DNA of 61,128 bases, the filler included. It is 3 parts of 3 records of this genome, joined end to end, with 100 filler letters (N's around TTAATTAATTAA, not from the genome) between each part and the next. Parts side by side here need not be neighbours in the genome. Positions count along the whole stretch, not along the records: positions 1 to 31,926 come from SRR20825019_1116; 2 more parts are not named here. One strand, given 5' to 3'. Below are positions 1 to 10,002 of the stretch, piece after piece. The notes beneath the pieces were generated by a model. It saw only the letters and a program-made list of their open reading frames with translations. It did not search any database and was not told where the DNA came from. A program made the translations under genes and the position numbers. Each line of letters starts with the position of its first letter. Within the stretch, counting starts at the first letter, position 1.

Positions 1-318
<318 letters not shown>

Positions 319-337
319 TTACATGGACGTGGAGGCG

Positions 338-961
338 TCAGTTCTTGGTGGAACCGATGCGCAGTTGCCGCGCACGCGTCAGGATCGCGTCTTCAAGGTC
401 CCGGTGCAGCTTTTCTTCCGTATCCAGATCCTGCCATTGACCGGATGCGGTGAGCTTCTGCTTGAAGACCTTTGCCCTTATACCATCGGACCGTAATGCG
501 CGATCGAGGATGAAAACATTGATCTTGAAGCGCTCGCTCGGCGTTTCCGGCGGCGAATACCAGTCGGAGATTATGACACCCCCGAACGGATCCGCCGATG
601 CCAGAGGCATGAAGGAGATCGTGTCGAGGGATGCGCGCCAGAGGTAGCTGTTGACCGCAATGCCGGACCCGACAGAGGCCTGCTGGTTGTCTACATCGTT
701 TCCGAGCAGCGTGAAGCCGTCCTCACCGAAGATCTTCTCTTCTTTCTCGTAGGTCGGTTTTCCTCCGACACCGGTGCGCGGATATTCATATTCGATATCA
801 GCACCTGAACATGCCGTAAGGGATGCCATCCCAAGCAGCGCCAGCAGGCGCATGCCTTTGCTCATTCCCAGAAGATCCGGAATTTTCATATCACCCAAGA
901 CTCGCACTCGCGTTTCGATACGGACGAGACGCCTTTTACCGTTTCTCTTGCCCGCGAACAA
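338..961 (-). CDS. DUF3576-like alphaproteobacterial lipoprotein (true start probably downstream of 961)
   Basis: Lipobox LTAC; VNSYLWRASLDTISFMPLASADPFGGVIISDWY motif; typical neighbour of leuS. Confidence 0.85.
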   Translation of the reverse strand: MFAGKRNGKRRLVRIETRVRVLGDMKIPDLLGMSKGMRLLALLGMASLTACSGADIEYEYPRTGVGGKPTYEKEEKIFGEDGFTLLGNDVDNQQASVGSGIAVNSYLWRASLDTISFMPLASADPFGGVIISDWYSPPETPSERFKINVFILDRALRSDGIRAKVFKQKLTASGQWQDLDTEEKLHRDLEDAILTRARQLRIGSTKN

Positions 962-1027
962 CTTGACATATGATCACACCGGTTCTGTGTGCAAGAAATC
1001 GGATAAATACAGGCACAGTCATAGATT

Positions 1028-1045
1028 TGTGGCATTTTCGCCACA
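1028..1045. promoter_or_regulatory. Palindromic operator TGTGGC-N6-GCCACA in divergent promoter region
   Basis: Perfect 6-bp inverted arms between DUF3576 gene and porin; TTGACG -35-like element at 1083. Confidence 0.45.
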
Positions 1046-1202
1046 TTGAGACACATTTGCATAAACCCCCGGCCTGTCTTTCTTGACGGTCAAATGGCGA
1101 GAGAATAGTGATGCTGTGACGTGAGGTTAGGGGGTTACGCAGATTTTCTGCAGCCTACTTGCCGCGTTACTTAACCGATGACTCTCGGGAGTAGGGGAAA
1201 AG

Positions 1203-2315
1203 ATGAAAAAGATTCTTCTCGGAACGACTGCGATTGTTGCCGCTGGCATGATCGCTGCACCGTCTGCGGATGCTGCTGAAAAGCTGAAAGTGTCCGTCGG
1301 TGGTTACATGGAACAGTGGTTCGGCTACACGTCCACGGACGATGATGCCGGCACCGATTACAGCGGTTTCGACGTCAAGTCCGATGCTGAAATCCACTTC
1401 AAGGGCATGACCACGCTCGATAACGGCATCTCTGTCGGCATCAACGTGCAGCTCGAAGCTAACAGCAACAGCAGCGACCAGATCGACGAATCCTACATGA
1501 TCGTCAAAGGCAACTTTGGTGAAGTGAACCTGGGTTCTGAAAACTCCGCTCTGTACAAGATGAACTACGGTCCGTCTGACTACGGTATTGGCATCAACTC
1601 TGGTGACCAGTCTTCTTGGGCCACCAAGTCCGCCAACGTTTCCGGCAGCTTCTTCCGCAGCCCGTTCGGTTCGACCAACATTGAGCCGGCACGGACCAAC
1701 GACTCCGAAAAGCTGACCTACTACACGCCGCGTATCGAAGGCTTCCAGCTCGGTGTTTCCTACATTCCGGACGCTTCGCAGGACAGCAACGGTCAGCCGG
1801 ATCGGGATTCTTCCCTGACCGACGGCTATGCAGTTGCAGCCAACTTCAAGCGTGACTTCGACGGCTTCAACGTCGGCGTTTCCGGTGGCTTCGGTGGCTT
1901 CACCGGCGGTACCGCTGCTGGCCAGGACGATCCGAAAGCTTGGTCCGCTGGCCTGACCCTCGGCTTCGGCGGTTTCTCTGTTGGTGCAGCATATGCTGAC
2001 GCCGACGGCACCACCGATGCTGCTGATAGCGACGGTTACAATGTTGGTGTTGCTTACGCGACCGGCCCGTGGGGCGTCAGCCTCGGTTGGTTCCATGGCG
2101 AAGTCGACGGTTCCACCACTGCTGGTGTCACCACCGGCAATGGCGAGCACGACACGTATGCCCTGTCCGGCAAGTATGCGCTGGGCCCGGGTGTGACCGC
2201 TGCTGCGACCCTCGCTCACACCGAATACGACACCGACAACACGGACGCTACCGGCGCTGCTCTCGATGGCAACGAAGCGACCTACTTCGTGGTCGGCATG
2301 AAGCTGTCCTTCTAA
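1203..2315 (+). CDS. Outer-membrane porin
   Basis: Signal peptide, alternating beta-strand pattern, C-terminal Phe (MKLSF), codon usage typical of a highly expressed gene. Confidence 0.92.
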   Translation: MKKILLGTTAIVAAGMIAAPSADAAEKLKVSVGGYMEQWFGYTSTDDDAGTDYSGFDVKSDAEIHFKGMTTLDNGISVGINVQLEANSNSSDQIDESYMIVKGNFGEVNLGSENSALYKMNYGPSDYGIGINSGDQSSWATKSANVSGSFFRSPFGSTNIEPARTNDSEKLTYYTPRIEGFQLGVSYIPDASQDSNGQPDRDSSLTDGYAVAANFKRDFDGFNVGVSGGFGGFTGGTAAGQDDPKAWSAGLTLGFGGFSVGAAYADADGTTDAADSDGYNVGVAYATGPWGVSLGWFHGEVDGSTTAGVTTGNGEHDTYALSGKYALGPGVTAAATLAHTEYDTDNTDATGAALDGNEATYFVVGMKLSF

Positions 2316-2341
2316 TACAGCTTCTACGTCAAGACTTCGGG

Positions 2342-2373
2342 AAGGGGCCGCGTTTCGCGGCCCCTTTTCTTTT
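2342..2373 (+). terminator. Rho-independent terminator after porin
   Basis: AAGGGGCCGCG-TTT-CGCGGCCCCTT hairpin followed by T-rich tract. Confidence 0.9.
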
Positions 2374-2474
2374 GACCTATATCTCCTGCGCCTATTGAAG
2401 CGCGGCTTGCCCTATGGAACTGTCGTCGCGCCTGTTATACAGATCGCGCGCTATGGATATCCGGGAGCAAATCG

Positions 2475-3662
2475 GTGCAGTTCAGTAATTTCTTCAAGAA
2501 AATCACACGGGACCAGTTTCTGAAGGAATACTGGGACAAGGCCTATTATTTCGAGCAGGGCGCATTCGATCCGATCGGCGACCTGTTCGACTGGGATCAG
2601 ATGAATGATCTGATCAACCGCTCCAAGCTCTGGCATGCGCACTATATGGAGATGGCGGTCGATGGAAACGTCCTGCCCTCCGAGCAATATTGCCGCCCGG
2701 GTATCGACCGCAAGGGCATGAGCGTCCTGGTGCCTGATTCAGAGCGGGTACGCTTTCTGATGTCAAAAGGCGCAAGCCTTGTTCTCGATTACATTGAGGG
2801 TATTCACCCCTCGGTTCAGGAAGCGACACGTTTTATTGAGCGGCTGACCGGAACCCACGCTTCCTGTAACGCCTATTGTTCCTGGAAAAGCGTCCAGGCC
2901 TATCACTCCCATTTCGACACGATGTGTGTCTTCGCGGTGCAGATCGAGGGCGAGAAAACCTGGAATATCTATCGCGGCCGGGTCAACGAGGCGATCGACG
3001 TGCCGCGTGTACGGTCGGCTGACTTCACGCGCGAGCAGCACGATCAGCAGAAGGGCGAGGTCATGCAGCAGATCGTGATGCGCCCGGGCGATGTTCTGTA
3101 TCTTCCGCGCGGGCTCTATCACGACGCCATGACGACGGATACGGCGTCCCTGCACCTGTCTTTCGGTGCAACTTATGTGGATGGGCACTCCACCCTGTCG
3201 ATGCTCGCTCCTGCCTTGCACCAGGATGAGTTTTTCCGGAGGCGAATCCCACATTTTGACGATGGTGACGATCTGGAAAACTACATCACCGAACTGGGCA
3301 AGCGGGTTGCCGAACATATGGCGCGGCCGGAGTTCCACCAGCATGTGCGCGGTCATCTGATGAGCAAGGTCGCGGACAAGGTTGTGCGCCACACCCTGCC
3401 GGACCGGACTCCCGACATCAATTTCATGGTAACCCGCCGTCCTGTGAAACTCGCGCGGCGGGGCCAGGCCGCGACCTTGAGCGGCGAGGGGTTCTCGATC
3501 GATATTGCCAAGGAAGATTATGCCCTCGCCGAACGGATCGTAAAGTCCGAGGAGATCTGGTTGTCCGACCTGCGGGCAGAGTTCCCTGACCGGGTGCCGC
3601 ATTTTGAGCCTTTGCTGAAAGCGCTGGATCAGCATCATGTGATCTGGCGGCTTCGCGGGTGA
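2475..3662 (+). CDS. JmjC/cupin-4 family 2-oxoglutarate/Fe(II) oxygenase (RoxA/YcfD/NO66-like)
   Basis: HFD (HxD) in AYHSHFDTMCVFAVQIEGEKTWNIY and distal His in PGDVLYLPRGLYHDA. Confidence 0.88.
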   Translation: MQFSNFFKKITRDQFLKEYWDKAYYFEQGAFDPIGDLFDWDQMNDLINRSKLWHAHYMEMAVDGNVLPSEQYCRPGIDRKGMSVLVPDSERVRFLMSKGASLVLDYIEGIHPSVQEATRFIERLTGTHASCNAYCSWKSVQAYHSHFDTMCVFAVQIEGEKTWNIYRGRVNEAIDVPRVRSADFTREQHDQQKGEVMQQIVMRPGDVLYLPRGLYHDAMTTDTASLHLSFGATYVDGHSTLSMLAPALHQDEFFRRRIPHFDDGDDLENYITELGKRVAEHMARPEFHQHVRGHLMSKVADKVVRHTLPDRTPDINFMVTRRPVKLARRGQAATLSGEGFSIDIAKEDYALAERIVKSEEIWLSDLRAEFPDRVPHFEPLLKALDQHHVIWRLRG

Positions 3663-3681
3663 ACCGGGCTGACCTGATCCG

Positions 3682-4527
3682 ATGAGCGGAATTCTTTGGC
3701 TGGCATCCTTCCCTAAGTCTGGCAACACCTGGCTTCGTGTCTTCATCGAGAACCTGTTCCGCAATAGCGCGGAGCCGGTCTCGATCAACGAGTTGGGCGT
3801 GGTCCGGTTTGGCGACATGATGGGACCGCTCTATGAGCAGTTGAGCGGAAAACCATTGCAGGCAATGAGTGACGCGGAGCTGCATGCGCTGCGAGAGCCA
3901 TTGCAAAGATCCTGGGCACAACAGCCTCAGACGACGATCGTGAAGACGCATAATGCGATCGGTATACATGAGGGACGGCCGCTCATTCATCTCGAACTCA
4001 CTGCCGGGGCGGCGTATGTTGTGCGGAATGTTTTTGATGTGACCGTCTCTTATGCCGATCACTACAGGCTCACCCTGGACGATGCGGTGGAGGCGATGAC
4101 CTCGGGCCTGCAGACCACCCGGACCAGCCCGGCGGCGGTTTTCCAGATCCTTGGTACCTGGACCGACCATTACAGGAGCTGGCACGGTGTGGATAATTTC
4201 ACGCCCCTGACCCTGAAATACGAGGATATGGTCAAGAGTCCGATGAAGTCGTTTGGGGCTTTCATGCGTTACCTCGGTGTTCCCAAAAACCCGGCGCGGC
4301 TGAAGCGGGCGATCAAGAACAGCAGCTTTTCCGTGGTCTCGGGCCAGGAAAATCAAAGCGGTTTTCGTGAGCGGGTGCACCAGTCGCAAAAATTCTTCCG
4401 CTCCGGCGGGGTCGGCGGGTACCGGGCTCTTTTAAGCGATGATCATGTGAAACGCCTGACAGAGCGGCATTATGATCTGCTTCTGGAGCTGGGCTATGTC
4501 TCCAAATCCGGGACGCCCCGTGTCTGA
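3682..4527 (+). CDS. PAPS-dependent sulfotransferase
   Basis: 5'-PSB loop WLASFPKSGNTWLR; 3'-PB VVRNVFDVTVS; C-terminal FFRSGGVG motif. Confidence 0.9.
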   Translation: MSGILWLASFPKSGNTWLRVFIENLFRNSAEPVSINELGVVRFGDMMGPLYEQLSGKPLQAMSDAELHALREPLQRSWAQQPQTTIVKTHNAIGIHEGRPLIHLELTAGAAYVVRNVFDVTVSYADHYRLTLDDAVEAMTSGLQTTRTSPAAVFQILGTWTDHYRSWHGVDNFTPLTLKYEDMVKSPMKSFGAFMRYLGVPKNPARLKRAIKNSSFSVVSGQENQSGFRERVHQSQKFFRSGGVGGYRALLSDDHVKRLTERHYDLLLELGYVSKSGTPRV

Positions 4528-4535
4528 GCCAATGG

Positions 4536-6482
4536 GTGCCGACAAGCATGTCCATTCAGCCATCTGACTTCGATCCGGTCCGCAAGCTCGCGCATGCAGG
4601 CCGCTGGCGCGAGGCGCGGGAGCGCTATGCCCGGATCCTCCGCAAGGCCGGCAGCGATTGGCGGCCATACTATATGGCCGGGATGATCGAGGCTTCCGGC
4701 GGTGATTTCGACCGGGCGGCCAAGGCGCTGGAAAAAGCCCGGGCACAGGCACCGGCGGAGCCTCAGATAATCATCAATCTGGCGCAGGTTCAGCTGCATC
4801 GCGGATTGCCGGCGGAAGCGCTAAAGCTGCTCGACCCGCTTGCGGGCCGTTTCGCGGAGAATGCCGCCGTCCAGAAACTATACGGTACCGCCCTGTTGGA
4901 AGTGGGCCGGCATGATGAGGCGGCCCCGGCTCTGGAAAGAGCACTGCGTCAGGGTGATGATCCCGCCGTCTTGAACAATCTTGCCCTGATCTATCGCGGC
5001 CAGGGTGATTTGCACCGGGCCACAACCGTTCTGGAGCGGGCGGCGCGGGGTGGTGATGACGGCATTGAGGTGCAAAGTAATCTGGCCGGCGTCTATGTGG
5101 CAACCGGGCGCCATGAGGATGCCCGGATACTGTATGACAAACTTTCCAGCAGTGGCGCTTCAGATCCCCGGGCCTTACGCGCGCTTGCTGTCTTTTCGCG
5201 CGACACCGGACATGCGGACCGGGCGGTCCGGCTGGCCACGCGCGCCCTGATCCTCGACCCGTCTCAGGTTGCATCCTACACGATGCTGGCTGAGCTTTTA
5301 GACCGGACCTCGGCGTTGGAGGCCGCCTTGTCGGTTGCGCGCCGGGGAGTGTGCCTGGAGCCGGGAAAACAGCATCTCGTGGCGTTGGAAGGACGGGCGC
5401 TGAGGCGCCTCAAACGGTTTGATGAAGCGGTTTCCTTCCTGCAGGGGGCATTGGAAGGGGCGGTATCAGGGCCGGACACCTACCGTCTTGGCTTCGAGCT
5501 CGCGCAGTCCCTCGATTCACTAGGGCGCTACGATGATGCTTTTCGCTGGTTCGAGAGTGCAAACCGGACCCAGATCAAAGAATTTCGTGGCGGGTTTGTC
5601 GATCCCGGGCGGGCTTTCGCCGAGGTAGGGGCGCTCACGGCCGCATTCAGGAACGCTCCGTCCTGGGCTGGCATTGTCCCGCAGAACCGGGCGGGCCAGG
5701 CAGATCCGGTGTTTCTTGTCGGTTTTCCGCGCTCAGGCACAACACTGCTTGATCAGGTTCTTGATGCGCATCCCGGAGTGCAGGTGCTGGAAGAGCATCC
5801 GTTGATCACCGGTCTTTCTGCCCGGCTGGTGAGCAAGGCAGGATATCCGGGCGCGCTGGAAAATCTTTCCGAAGAGATGTGCGCCGAAATGCGGGCTGCG
5901 TATTTCGCCGAACGGGACCGGTTTCTGGTGCCCTCGGAAGGCGCGGTCTATATCGACAAGATGCCGCTTAATATCGTGCATGCGGGTCTGATCATGAGGA
6001 TCTTTCCGAAGGCACGGTTTATCCTCGCACTGCGGCACCCGTGCGATGTCTGTCTCAGTTGCCTGATGCAGAACTTCACCCTGAACCATTCCATGGCGGT
6101 CTTCTGCTCCTTGCCGGATACAGCCCGTTTTTATCGTGAGGTGTTCGGCCTCTGGCAGCTTTATGCGGAGCATCTGAAACCTGGCATCGTGACGGTGAAA
6201 TATGAGGATATGACCCGGGATCTCCGGGCTGCGGCGGAGCCCGTACTGCACTTTCTCGGGTTGGACTGGGATGATCGGGTGATGGAGTTTCACGAACATG
6301 CACGCCAGCGCGGGCACATCTCGACGCCGAGTTATGCGCAGGTAACACAGCCGCTCTACGGGCATGCGGTGGCGCGGTGGAAGCGCTATGGCGCCGCCAT
6401 GGAAGCGGTTGCCGGGGAACTTCGACCGGAAATCGAAGCGTTCGGATATGGGGACGAAAGCAATGGAGCAGCAGGTGGCTGA
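4536..6482 (+). CDS. TPR-repeat sulfotransferase
   Basis: Multiple N-terminal TPRs; C-terminal FLVGFPRSGTTLL, DKMPLN and LRHPCDVCLS sulfotransferase motifs. Confidence 0.9.
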   Translation: MPTSMSIQPSDFDPVRKLAHAGRWREARERYARILRKAGSDWRPYYMAGMIEASGGDFDRAAKALEKARAQAPAEPQIIINLAQVQLHRGLPAEALKLLDPLAGRFAENAAVQKLYGTALLEVGRHDEAAPALERALRQGDDPAVLNNLALIYRGQGDLHRATTVLERAARGGDDGIEVQSNLAGVYVATGRHEDARILYDKLSSSGASDPRALRALAVFSRDTGHADRAVRLATRALILDPSQVASYTMLAELLDRTSALEAALSVARRGVCLEPGKQHLVALEGRALRRLKRFDEAVSFLQGALEGAVSGPDTYRLGFELAQSLDSLGRYDDAFRWFESANRTQIKEFRGGFVDPGRAFAEVGALTAAFRNAPSWAGIVPQNRAGQADPVFLVGFPRSGTTLLDQVLDAHPGVQVLEEHPLITGLSARLVSKAGYPGALENLSEEMCAEMRAAYFAERDRFLVPSEGAVYIDKMPLNIVHAGLIMRIFPKARFILALRHPCDVCLSCLMQNFTLNHSMAVFCSLPDTARFYREVFGLWQLYAEHLKPGIVTVKYEDMTRDLRAAAEPVLHFLGLDWDDRVMEFHEHARQRGHISTPSYAQVTQPLYGHAVARWKRYGAAMEAVAGELRPEIEAFGYGDESNGAAGG

Positions 6483-7170
6483 GGCAGACGCAACGGTTGA
6501 TGTCGGAGCCAATCTCCGGGAAGTGAAAGCCCAGATCGAGGCTGCGGAGCAGGCGGCCGGGCGTGAGCCCGGAGAGGTCACGCTGGTCGCGGTCGGCAAG
6601 GTACAGCCGGTGGAAAAGGTCGAGGCGGCTCTGGCGCAAGGCCAGCGTATCTTTGGCGAGAATCGTGTGCAGGAAGCGCAGGGAAAATGGCCGGAGCTGA
6701 AGGCACGCTATCCCGATGTGACGCTGCATCTGATCGGCCCGCTGCAGACCAACAAGGCGGCGGATGCGATTGCGCTCTTTGATGTGATCGAGACTGTTGA
6801 CCGGCCCAAGCTGGCGCGGGTTCTGGCAGCGGAAATGAAAAAGCAGGGCCGGATGCTGGAGTGTTTCGTGCAGGTCAATACCGGCGAGGAGGACCAGAAA
6901 GCAGGCGTTCTCCCGGCTGACGCGGATGCGTTCATCGAGACGTGCCGGGATGAGCATGGCCTGAACATTGTCGGCCTGATGTGTATTCCCCCGGCGGATG
7001 ACGAGCCGGCGCTGCATTTCGCCCTGCTGCGGGAAATTGCCCGGCGGCAGGGCCTTGAAAAGCTGAGCATGGGCATGAGCGGGGACTATGAGATCGCGAT
7101 CGAATTCGGGGCGACCCATGTGCGTGTCGGCACGGCCATCTTTGGCGACAGGCTGAAACCCGCTGGTTAA
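6463..7170 (+). CDS. yggS: PLP homeostasis protein (YggS/PROSC family)
   Basis: LVAVGK, FGENRVQEA, HLIGPLQTNK, GLMCIPP and LSMGMSGDYEIAIEFGATHVRVGTAIFG motifs. Confidence 0.95.
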   Translation: MEQQVAEADATVDVGANLREVKAQIEAAEQAAGREPGEVTLVAVGKVQPVEKVEAALAQGQRIFGENRVQEAQGKWPELKARYPDVTLHLIGPLQTNKAADAIALFDVIETVDRPKLARVLAAEMKKQGRMLECFVQVNTGEEDQKAGVLPADADAFIETCRDEHGLNIVGLMCIPPADDEPALHFALLREIARRQGLEKLSMGMSGDYEIAIEFGATHVRVGTAIFGDRLKPAG

Positions 7171-7715
7171 GACGGCCCGGTTTTGTCCGCAAGTTCCGCC
7201 GGTACAACAACGGTGCCGCTGCCGCCGGTCTGTTCCAGGATCTTCAGCAGATCCGGAAGGGCCAATGCGATGCAGCCTTCGGTTCCGGAATAGTCCGGCC
7301 GGGCGACATGCATGAAAATTGCACTGCCCCGGCCCGGGGTCGGTGGGGTGTCGTTGTATCCCAGCTCCACGACCACATCGTAGACCGCGTCCTCGCGCTT
7401 CAGGCATTCGTGAGAGTGCGGATAAGGCAGTTTGACCAGCTGGTTATACTGTTTCGGGTCGGCCGGGTCGTCGCTCCAGCCATGATCCGCTTCGATCGGG
7501 ATCGCATCCGGGCATCCGAGGATGGGTTTCAGGCGGTCCGCCCGGTAGAAGATCCGGCGAAAGGGGAATTGCCCGACCGGTGTTGCACCATCTCCCTCGC
7601 GCTTGTCTTCACGGATGCCCCCCTTGCCGATGGCACAGGCAAGGGTCTGCCCATCAAGCACGATGCCGTGGGAGCCATCTTGCTTGCGGTGAAGGACGAG
7701 ATCCAATGGGGGCAC
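7167..7715 (-). CDS. L,D-transpeptidase (YkuD) family protein
   Basis: KREGDGATPVG and GSAIFMHVARPDYSGTEGCIAL (catalytic His...Cys). Confidence 0.88.
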   Translation of the reverse strand: MPPLDLVLHRKQDGSHGIVLDGQTLACAIGKGGIREDKREGDGATPVGQFPFRRIFYRADRLKPILGCPDAIPIEADHGWSDDPADPKQYNQLVKLPYPHSHECLKREDAVYDVVVELGYNDTPPTPGRGSAIFMHVARPDYSGTEGCIALALPDLLKILEQTGGSGTVVVPAELADKTGPS

Positions 7716-7752
7716 TCCTGATCAGACGCCGGAAAATGGCATCTGGCCGAAA

Positions 7753-8682
7753 CTACCCGACACCGCTGCCACTGACCTTCATGGTCCCATATTTATCGAG
7801 CGCCTTCATCATCCAATCCGCCAACCCGGCGCGTTGAGCTGGACTGACCGGCGGCAGTGCAGGCTCGCTCGCCGGTGCCTGGGCGCCCCGGGTTTTCAGG
7901 CCGGGCTGTACCAGGGACGGCAGGGACGGGCCGCGTCGCCGTGTTGCTGTCTTTGCCTGGCTGTCGCGGATAAGGGCATCAAGGCCTCCTCCGGCAACAG
8001 ATTGCATGCCTGGAGCGGACTCCGCAGCGGGTTGTGTGATCACGCCGCTGGTCCAGTCAACGGAACCGCTGCCTGGAGTAGGCGCTGTAAGTGCGCTTGC
8101 CTTGGCATAGGCGGCCATGGCCTCGGGTGTCATGCCGGCATCCGTGGCGGCGGTCTGTACGCCCGGAGCGGCAAAACTGCGCTGGCCGGCCGCAGGTGTG
8201 ATCGCGCCACTGTTGGCCGGAGCGGGCGCCGGGGCTGGTGTCGAGGGCTGCGGGGCTTCTGCAAGCACGCTTGTCTCGGTCGGCACGGCACTGGCTGCCG
8301 GTGCGGCTCCGTCTCCTCTAAGCTCGGCAATCATTGTCGCGCCGATATCGGAGCCGCTCTCTGCTTCGAACATCACGTTTGCGACGCCGGCCACCAGACC
8401 GGCGGGGCCGCCATATAGCGCTCCTCCCGCGGCGCGGGCCGCAGGCGCAATCGTGTCGCCGGTGAATTCCCGGTAGAGAGTGGAAACAAACGGCAGGTGC
8501 TGCAGCGGGTTTATGATGTCGACAAAATCATCGAAACCAAACCCGTCCGCACCCCAGCCACCATCATCGGCAGCAGAGGCGGCCTTGGCCGGCTCGAGCA
8601 TGTCTTCTTTGAGGTCGCGCTCTCCGCTCGAGGAGGATTGTGACCACCAGGCCGGTTGTGCCGCCGTTTGACTAACATTCAT
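7753..8682 (-). CDS. Conserved hypothetical protein with Ala/Pro-rich low-complexity middle
   Basis: FGFDDFVDIINPLQHLPFVSTLYREFTGD...GGALYGGPAG N-terminal block; SD AAAGGAG before ATG at 8682. Confidence 0.7.
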   Translation of the reverse strand: MNVSQTAAQPAWWSQSSSSGERDLKEDMLEPAKAASAADDGGWGADGFGFDDFVDIINPLQHLPFVSTLYREFTGDTIAPAARAAGGALYGGPAGLVAGVANVMFEAESGSDIGATMIAELRGDGAAPAASAVPTETSVLAEAPQPSTPAPAPAPANSGAITPAAGQRSFAAPGVQTAATDAGMTPEAMAAYAKASALTAPTPGSGSVDWTSGVITQPAAESAPGMQSVAGGGLDALIRDSQAKTATRRRGPSLPSLVQPGLKTRGAQAPASEPALPPVSPAQRAGLADWMMKALDKYGTMKVSGSGVG

Positions 8683-8709
8683 CGCGAGGGCTCCTTTGCC
8701 CCGCATTGA

Positions 8710-8725
8710 TGCAAGCCGCGTACCA
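8710..8725 (-). promoter_or_regulatory. Putative sigma-54 (-24/-12) promoter
   Basis: Minus strand TGGTAC-GCGGC-TTGCA vs consensus TGGCAC-N5-TTGCW, just upstream of the SD/ATG of the 7753-8682 gene. Confidence 0.6.
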
Positions 8726-8757
8726 TGAATCGGTGATGCTCTAAAGGCTTGGGATTC

Positions 8758-9927
8758 CTAGAAAAGGTGGCCTGTGCGGATGGCCTTGGTTTTCAGGTAA
8801 CCTTCATTGTGGCTGTTGGATGGGAAAATATGAGCCACCCGCTCAACCACATTGACCCCGGAGCTCCGGAGCTGGGCAATCTTTTCCGGATTATTCGTCA
8901 TCAATCTGACGGATTCGACCCCGAGCTGATGCAGCATTTCGGCGGCGGTCAGATAAACCCGCTCGTCCGCTTCGAAGCCAAGCTGTTCATTGGCGTCGAC
9001 CGTATCGCTGCCGAGATCCTGCAGCTGATAGGCGCGGAGCTTGTTGATCAGGCCGATATCCCGGCCTTCCTGGGCCAGATACAGCAGAATTCCCGAGCCT
9101 TGCTTGCCAATCTCCCGGAGAGCGCCCCGCAGCTGGTCGCCGCAATCGCAGCGCAGGCTGCCGAGCAGGTCGCCGGTCAGACATTCGGAATGCAGGCGCA
9201 CCAGGACCGGCTGGCTGACATCCGGCTCTCCGACCACAATCGCCAGATGCTCTTCCCCACCATCCGCCGGGCGGAAGGCGACAACGCGGGAGTCTTCCGC
9301 ATCCGCAAGCGGCACGCGGGCGGAGGCGACCCGGGTCAGGCGCCGCGCGCTTTCCTCGACGTAATCCTCAATGTTCGAAACGCTGACCGACAGGAGGCCC
9401 TGGCCATGGGCCCAGGATTCGGCGTCCGCCACATTCACGTCTGTCAGCCGGGCGACAACGACGGAGGGCAAAAGGCGCGCCCATTTCGAAAGCTGAACCG
9501 CTGCGGGTCCAAGCCGGCCCGCACGCACGGGAACCACGGTCAGGCCCCGGCCGAGCGAGCCAAACTTTTCCGGCTCGAACAGAGGGTCCGCGATCTGCCG
9601 GATCAGGGCGGCGTCAGCGCCTCTGGGCAGAGCCATGCTGGAATAGGGCGGCAATTCCCGGTTTCCGGTGATATCGCGCGCCCGGTTCTTCGGGACGATC
9701 ACCGAGGGCAGGCTGCCCGCGAGCCGGACCATGGTGCCGAGGCCGCTTTCATTGGCCATTTCGGCGGCGAGCACCAGCAGCACGCTTTCCTCGGCGGAGC
9801 CGTGCAGCAGGATCAGCCCACCACGGCGCAGCTCGGAGATCGCGCGGTCAACATGGGTCTGGGTTGGTGAGCCTGTGGGCACGCCCGTACCCTGAATGGG
9901 GAGTGTATCTGTCATGGACCGCATCAT
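8758..9927 (-). CDS. ribA: GTP cyclohydrolase II (with degenerate N-terminal RibB-like domain)
   Basis: VRLHSECLTGDLLGSLRCDCGDQL, QEGRDIGLINKLRAYQLQD, RLMTNNPEK. Confidence 0.95.
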   Translation of the reverse strand: MMRSMTDTLPIQGTGVPTGSPTQTHVDRAISELRRGGLILLHGSAEESVLLVLAAEMANESGLGTMVRLAGSLPSVIVPKNRARDITGNRELPPYSSMALPRGADAALIRQIADPLFEPEKFGSLGRGLTVVPVRAGRLGPAAVQLSKWARLLPSVVVARLTDVNVADAESWAHGQGLLSVSVSNIEDYVEESARRLTRVASARVPLADAEDSRVVAFRPADGGEEHLAIVVGEPDVSQPVLVRLHSECLTGDLLGSLRCDCGDQLRGALREIGKQGSGILLYLAQEGRDIGLINKLRAYQLQDLGSDTVDANEQLGFEADERVYLTAAEMLHQLGVESVRLMTNNPEKIAQLRSSGVNVVERVAHIFPSNSHNEGYLKTKAIRTGHLF

Positions 9928-10002
9928 CTTCCGACCGCGCTGGAGGTCAAGCACCTTGAACCGGCTTTGTGCCTCCCGCACTGTGAGGCTGGATGTGCAC
10001 AA

